46,452 nt of DNA from a virus: IMG/VR virus record IMGVR_UViG_3300049933_000058, positions 1-46,452 of that record. One strand, written 5' to 3'. Below are positions 44,872 through 46,452 of the stretch, in pieces. A model generated the notes under the pieces. The model was not told where the DNA came from, made no database searches, and saw nothing but the letters and a program-made list of their open reading frames with translations. Made by a program: the position numbers and the translations under genes. The first letter of the stretch is position 1. Each line of letters begins with the position of its first letter.

Positions 44872-45309
44872 CTAGATGAGAGAGACAGCCTGAAAGGGTT
44901 GTCTCCTTTGTTTGGGGTAGTACTTATCCTTTAGAATAGGAGTGTCGATGAGGGTGGCTAGTTCATGGAGTGTCCTAGAGGCTTCTATCTTGACCATAGC
45001 CGAGCCACGTCCGAAGTCCAGGGTAAGTTGTCCCACCTGGTTAGCCATCGCCGTAGAGGTCATATCGCGCAGTTGTAGCTCCCAATACTGTAGCCAAGCA
45101 ACCAAGCGGTGTACCTGAACAATACGGGCGTCTGAAGCCTCAACCCGCGTGTCTCCCGAACCGGTGTGGCGGTTCTTGTACCGGAAGCTGTAGCCGAGCC
45201 AGGGGTATACATCTATGGTAGTGGGTAACCAACTGTTGGGGGGTATCTCTAGGGGCGTCCCCTCGGTAGGGTCAATAGGGTAGTCTGTACGGGTAATATC
45301 GGTGGTCAT
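44872..45309 (-). CDS. Hypothetical protein downstream of the hub/lysin gene (tail/baseplate candidate)
   Basis: Internal ATG at 45309 (MTTDITRTDY...). Confidence 0.5.
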   Translation of the reverse strand: MTTDITRTDYPIDPTEGTPLEIPPNSWLPTTIDVYPWLGYSFRYKNRHTGSGDTRVEASDARIVQVHRLVAWLQYWELQLRDMTSTAMANQVGQLTLDFGRGSAMVKIEASRTLHELATLIDTPILKDKYYPKQRRQPFQAVSLI

Positions 45310-45378
45310 AAGGGTTATAATAGGTGTTATAGAGAGATGGAGTAGCGCTGATGAAGACTTGCACAAAATGTCTGGAAA

Positions 45379-46452
45379 CTAAGGACTCGATAACGCCTTA
45401 ATGGTTTCACCCTTTTTAGGTATCCTCAGACCGAGCGCGCTAGTGTAGTTATAGGTTCCTCCACCAGATGACCGATAGGTGTTGCCTTGTAACCCAGTAA
45501 TATCAATGTGAAGATGCACCCCTGTAACCTTACCTGTAGCGCCTTGCTTACCTATTAACTCACCTCTCTTAACCTGTTGACCCATCCTAACTAAGCGCGC
45601 TGATAGGTGCATGTATCTGATAATGCTACCATCAGCGTGTTTTATATTGATACAGGTACCACTGCCAGCAAACCCACAGACCACACCGTCTTGCATAGAA
45701 TAGACAGGTGTCCCCTCACTTGCCGCGATGTCTAGACCGATGTGGGGGGAAGTACCAACGCTTCTTATTTGGTTCTGAGTAGAGGTGACCGTGCCATTAG
45801 TAGGCCAAACGTAACCCTGTCCTGTTGGTGGCTGTGGTGGTGTTTCCCCATTGGATACCCCTCCGGGTACCGAGTTATCCAAAACCTCTACAGGGCTGTA
45901 TACATTGAGTGTGGTGGTACCCTCTCTCAGGTTATGCTCTACCTTATCAATAGCCCATATCCGTGATAACACCCCTGGTAAACCCTCTGTGATAACAGTA
46001 AACAATGGTGCTAGGGTTAGGGAGGTCTTAGACAACGGGATAACAAAGGTAGAGGGTAACCCCTTGAGGCGCTTAGTACGGGCAACCTGTGTTGCAACAG
46101 TAGCTTGTGACTCCGGTGCGACCGTGGCTTGTTTGTTGTCTGACTTTGCCCCCGTAGCTGCTTTGTCCTTAGCCTTGTCAATATCAGGTGACTTAGCCTT
46201 AAAGGTGCCAGTAGCCGGTTCTAACTCTGTCTTCTGCTCTGTTTGGACAACACTCCTACCCTCATCCTCAGCATCGTCACCCAACGCCTCATCCTTGATA
46301 TCCCACTTCAACAGGTTTAGACCCGGTATCAACACTATACCTGTGTCTACAAGGTTGGCTATGGTGCTGATGATAATGGTTTTACCCTCGTCTCTCATCA
46401 GGTAGCCAGACTGCTCACAAAGGCGCTGTAACAGTTTATAGTCACTCAAGCC
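45379..46452 (-). CDS. Tail hub / tail-associated lysin, C-terminal part with M23 peptidase domain. Continues into 1..1264.
   Basis: M23 metallopeptidase motifs HIGLDIAA ... GVHLHIDI at the C-terminus. LSDYKLLQRLCEQSGY is weakly gpD-like. The ORF is open to the window end and continues at base 1264 via the overlap. Confidence 0.8.
   Translation of the reverse strand, partial: GLSDYKLLQRLCEQSGYLMRDEGKTIIISTIANLVDTGIVLIPGLNLLKWDIKDEALGDDAEDEGRSVVQTEQKTELEPATGTFKAKSPDIDKAKDKAATGAKSDNKQATVAPESQATVATQVARTKRLKGLPSTFVIPLSKTSLTLAPLFTVITEGLPGVLSRIWAIDKVEHNLREGTTTLNVYSPVEVLDNSVPGGVSNGETPPQPPTGQGYVWPTNGTVTSTQNQIRSVGTSPHIGLDIAASEGTPVYSMQDGVVCGFAGSGTCINIKHADGSIIRYMHLSARLVRMGQQVKRGELIGKQGATGKVTGVHLHIDITGLQGNTYRSSGGGTYNYTSALGLRIPKKGETIKALSSP
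46326..46452. repeat. Terminal direct repeat (right copy)
   Basis: Identical to bases 1-127. Confidence 0.95.

Larger units (their letters stand above)
1263..45997. repeat. Dispersed family of at least 64 exact copies of TGTKATMACA (TGTTATAACA, TGTTATCACA, TGTGATAACA)
   Basis: First bases of exact copies: 1263, 1560, 2204, 2252, 2982, 3146, 3896, 4005, 4757, 5078, 6385, 6758, 6995, 8001, 8666, 9158, 10077, 10149, 10546, 11658, 12048, 12285, 13141, 13501, 13855, 14175, 14594, 15744, 15828, 16865, 17394, 17584, 18063, 18096, 18461, 18546, 21027, 21936, 24489, 24976, 25082, 25115, 25482, 25990, 26105, 26156, 30308, 31023, 31485, 32177, 34411, 34445, 35691, 36782, 39229, 41561, 41889, 43773, 44140, 44216, 44294, 44642, 44675, 45988. 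About 20 further 9/10 matches were seen. Confidence 0.9.

Noticed and set aside
1263-45997. The iterated motif read as DnaA boxes, CRP/NtcA sites, lambda-type operators or a CRISPR-like array.
   Set aside because: The DnaA box TTATCCACA has one more base than TTATCACA. CRP (TGTGA-N6-TCACA) and NtcA (GTA-N8-TAC) have different spacing. The copies are irregularly spaced with no repeat-spacer periodicity, and most lie inside genes.

Overview
The window is a complete, circularly closed phage genome. Bases 1-127 repeat at 46326-46452, so the unique length is 46,325 bp. It is a contractile-tailed dsDNA phage: terminase, portal, capsid and scaffold, sheath, tube, tape measure, baseplate V/W/J/I, fibers, and a tail hub carrying two peptidoglycan-hydrolase domains. 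It has its own replication module (family A DNA polymerase, SF3 helicase, FEN-type 5'-3' exonuclease, nucleases). A clear NblA (phycobilisome degradation) homologue points to a cyanobacterial host. No integrase, reverse transcriptase, CRISPR array or rRNA was seen. The main hunt results, all read by eye and needing exact counting, are these. (1) I found no RATY tetranucleotide (AATT, AATC, GATT, GATC) anywhere, where roughly 700 would be expected. (2) A 10-bp quasi-palindrome, TGTKATMACA, occurs at least 64 times in all frames, on both strands, and at many gene boundaries. (3) Three loci share one plan: an extended -10 promoter (GGTGTTATAnT), a long ORF-free structured RNA, then a tRNA or tRNA-like element, then a protein gene. 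Two of these RNAs share a conserved 5' domain with one compensatory base-pair change. (4) The phage tRNA-Ile(UAU) fits the ATA codon usage that RATY avoidance forces. (5) Two tandem paralogous proteins share an N-terminus but differ in their C-terminal enzyme-like domains, and each is followed by a small ORF, resembling polymorphic toxin/immunity modules. (6) GATATC-(TG)n elements recur in divergent pairs. ncRNA ends, promoters and many start codons are approximate. Product calls rest on motifs I recognise, not on database searches.
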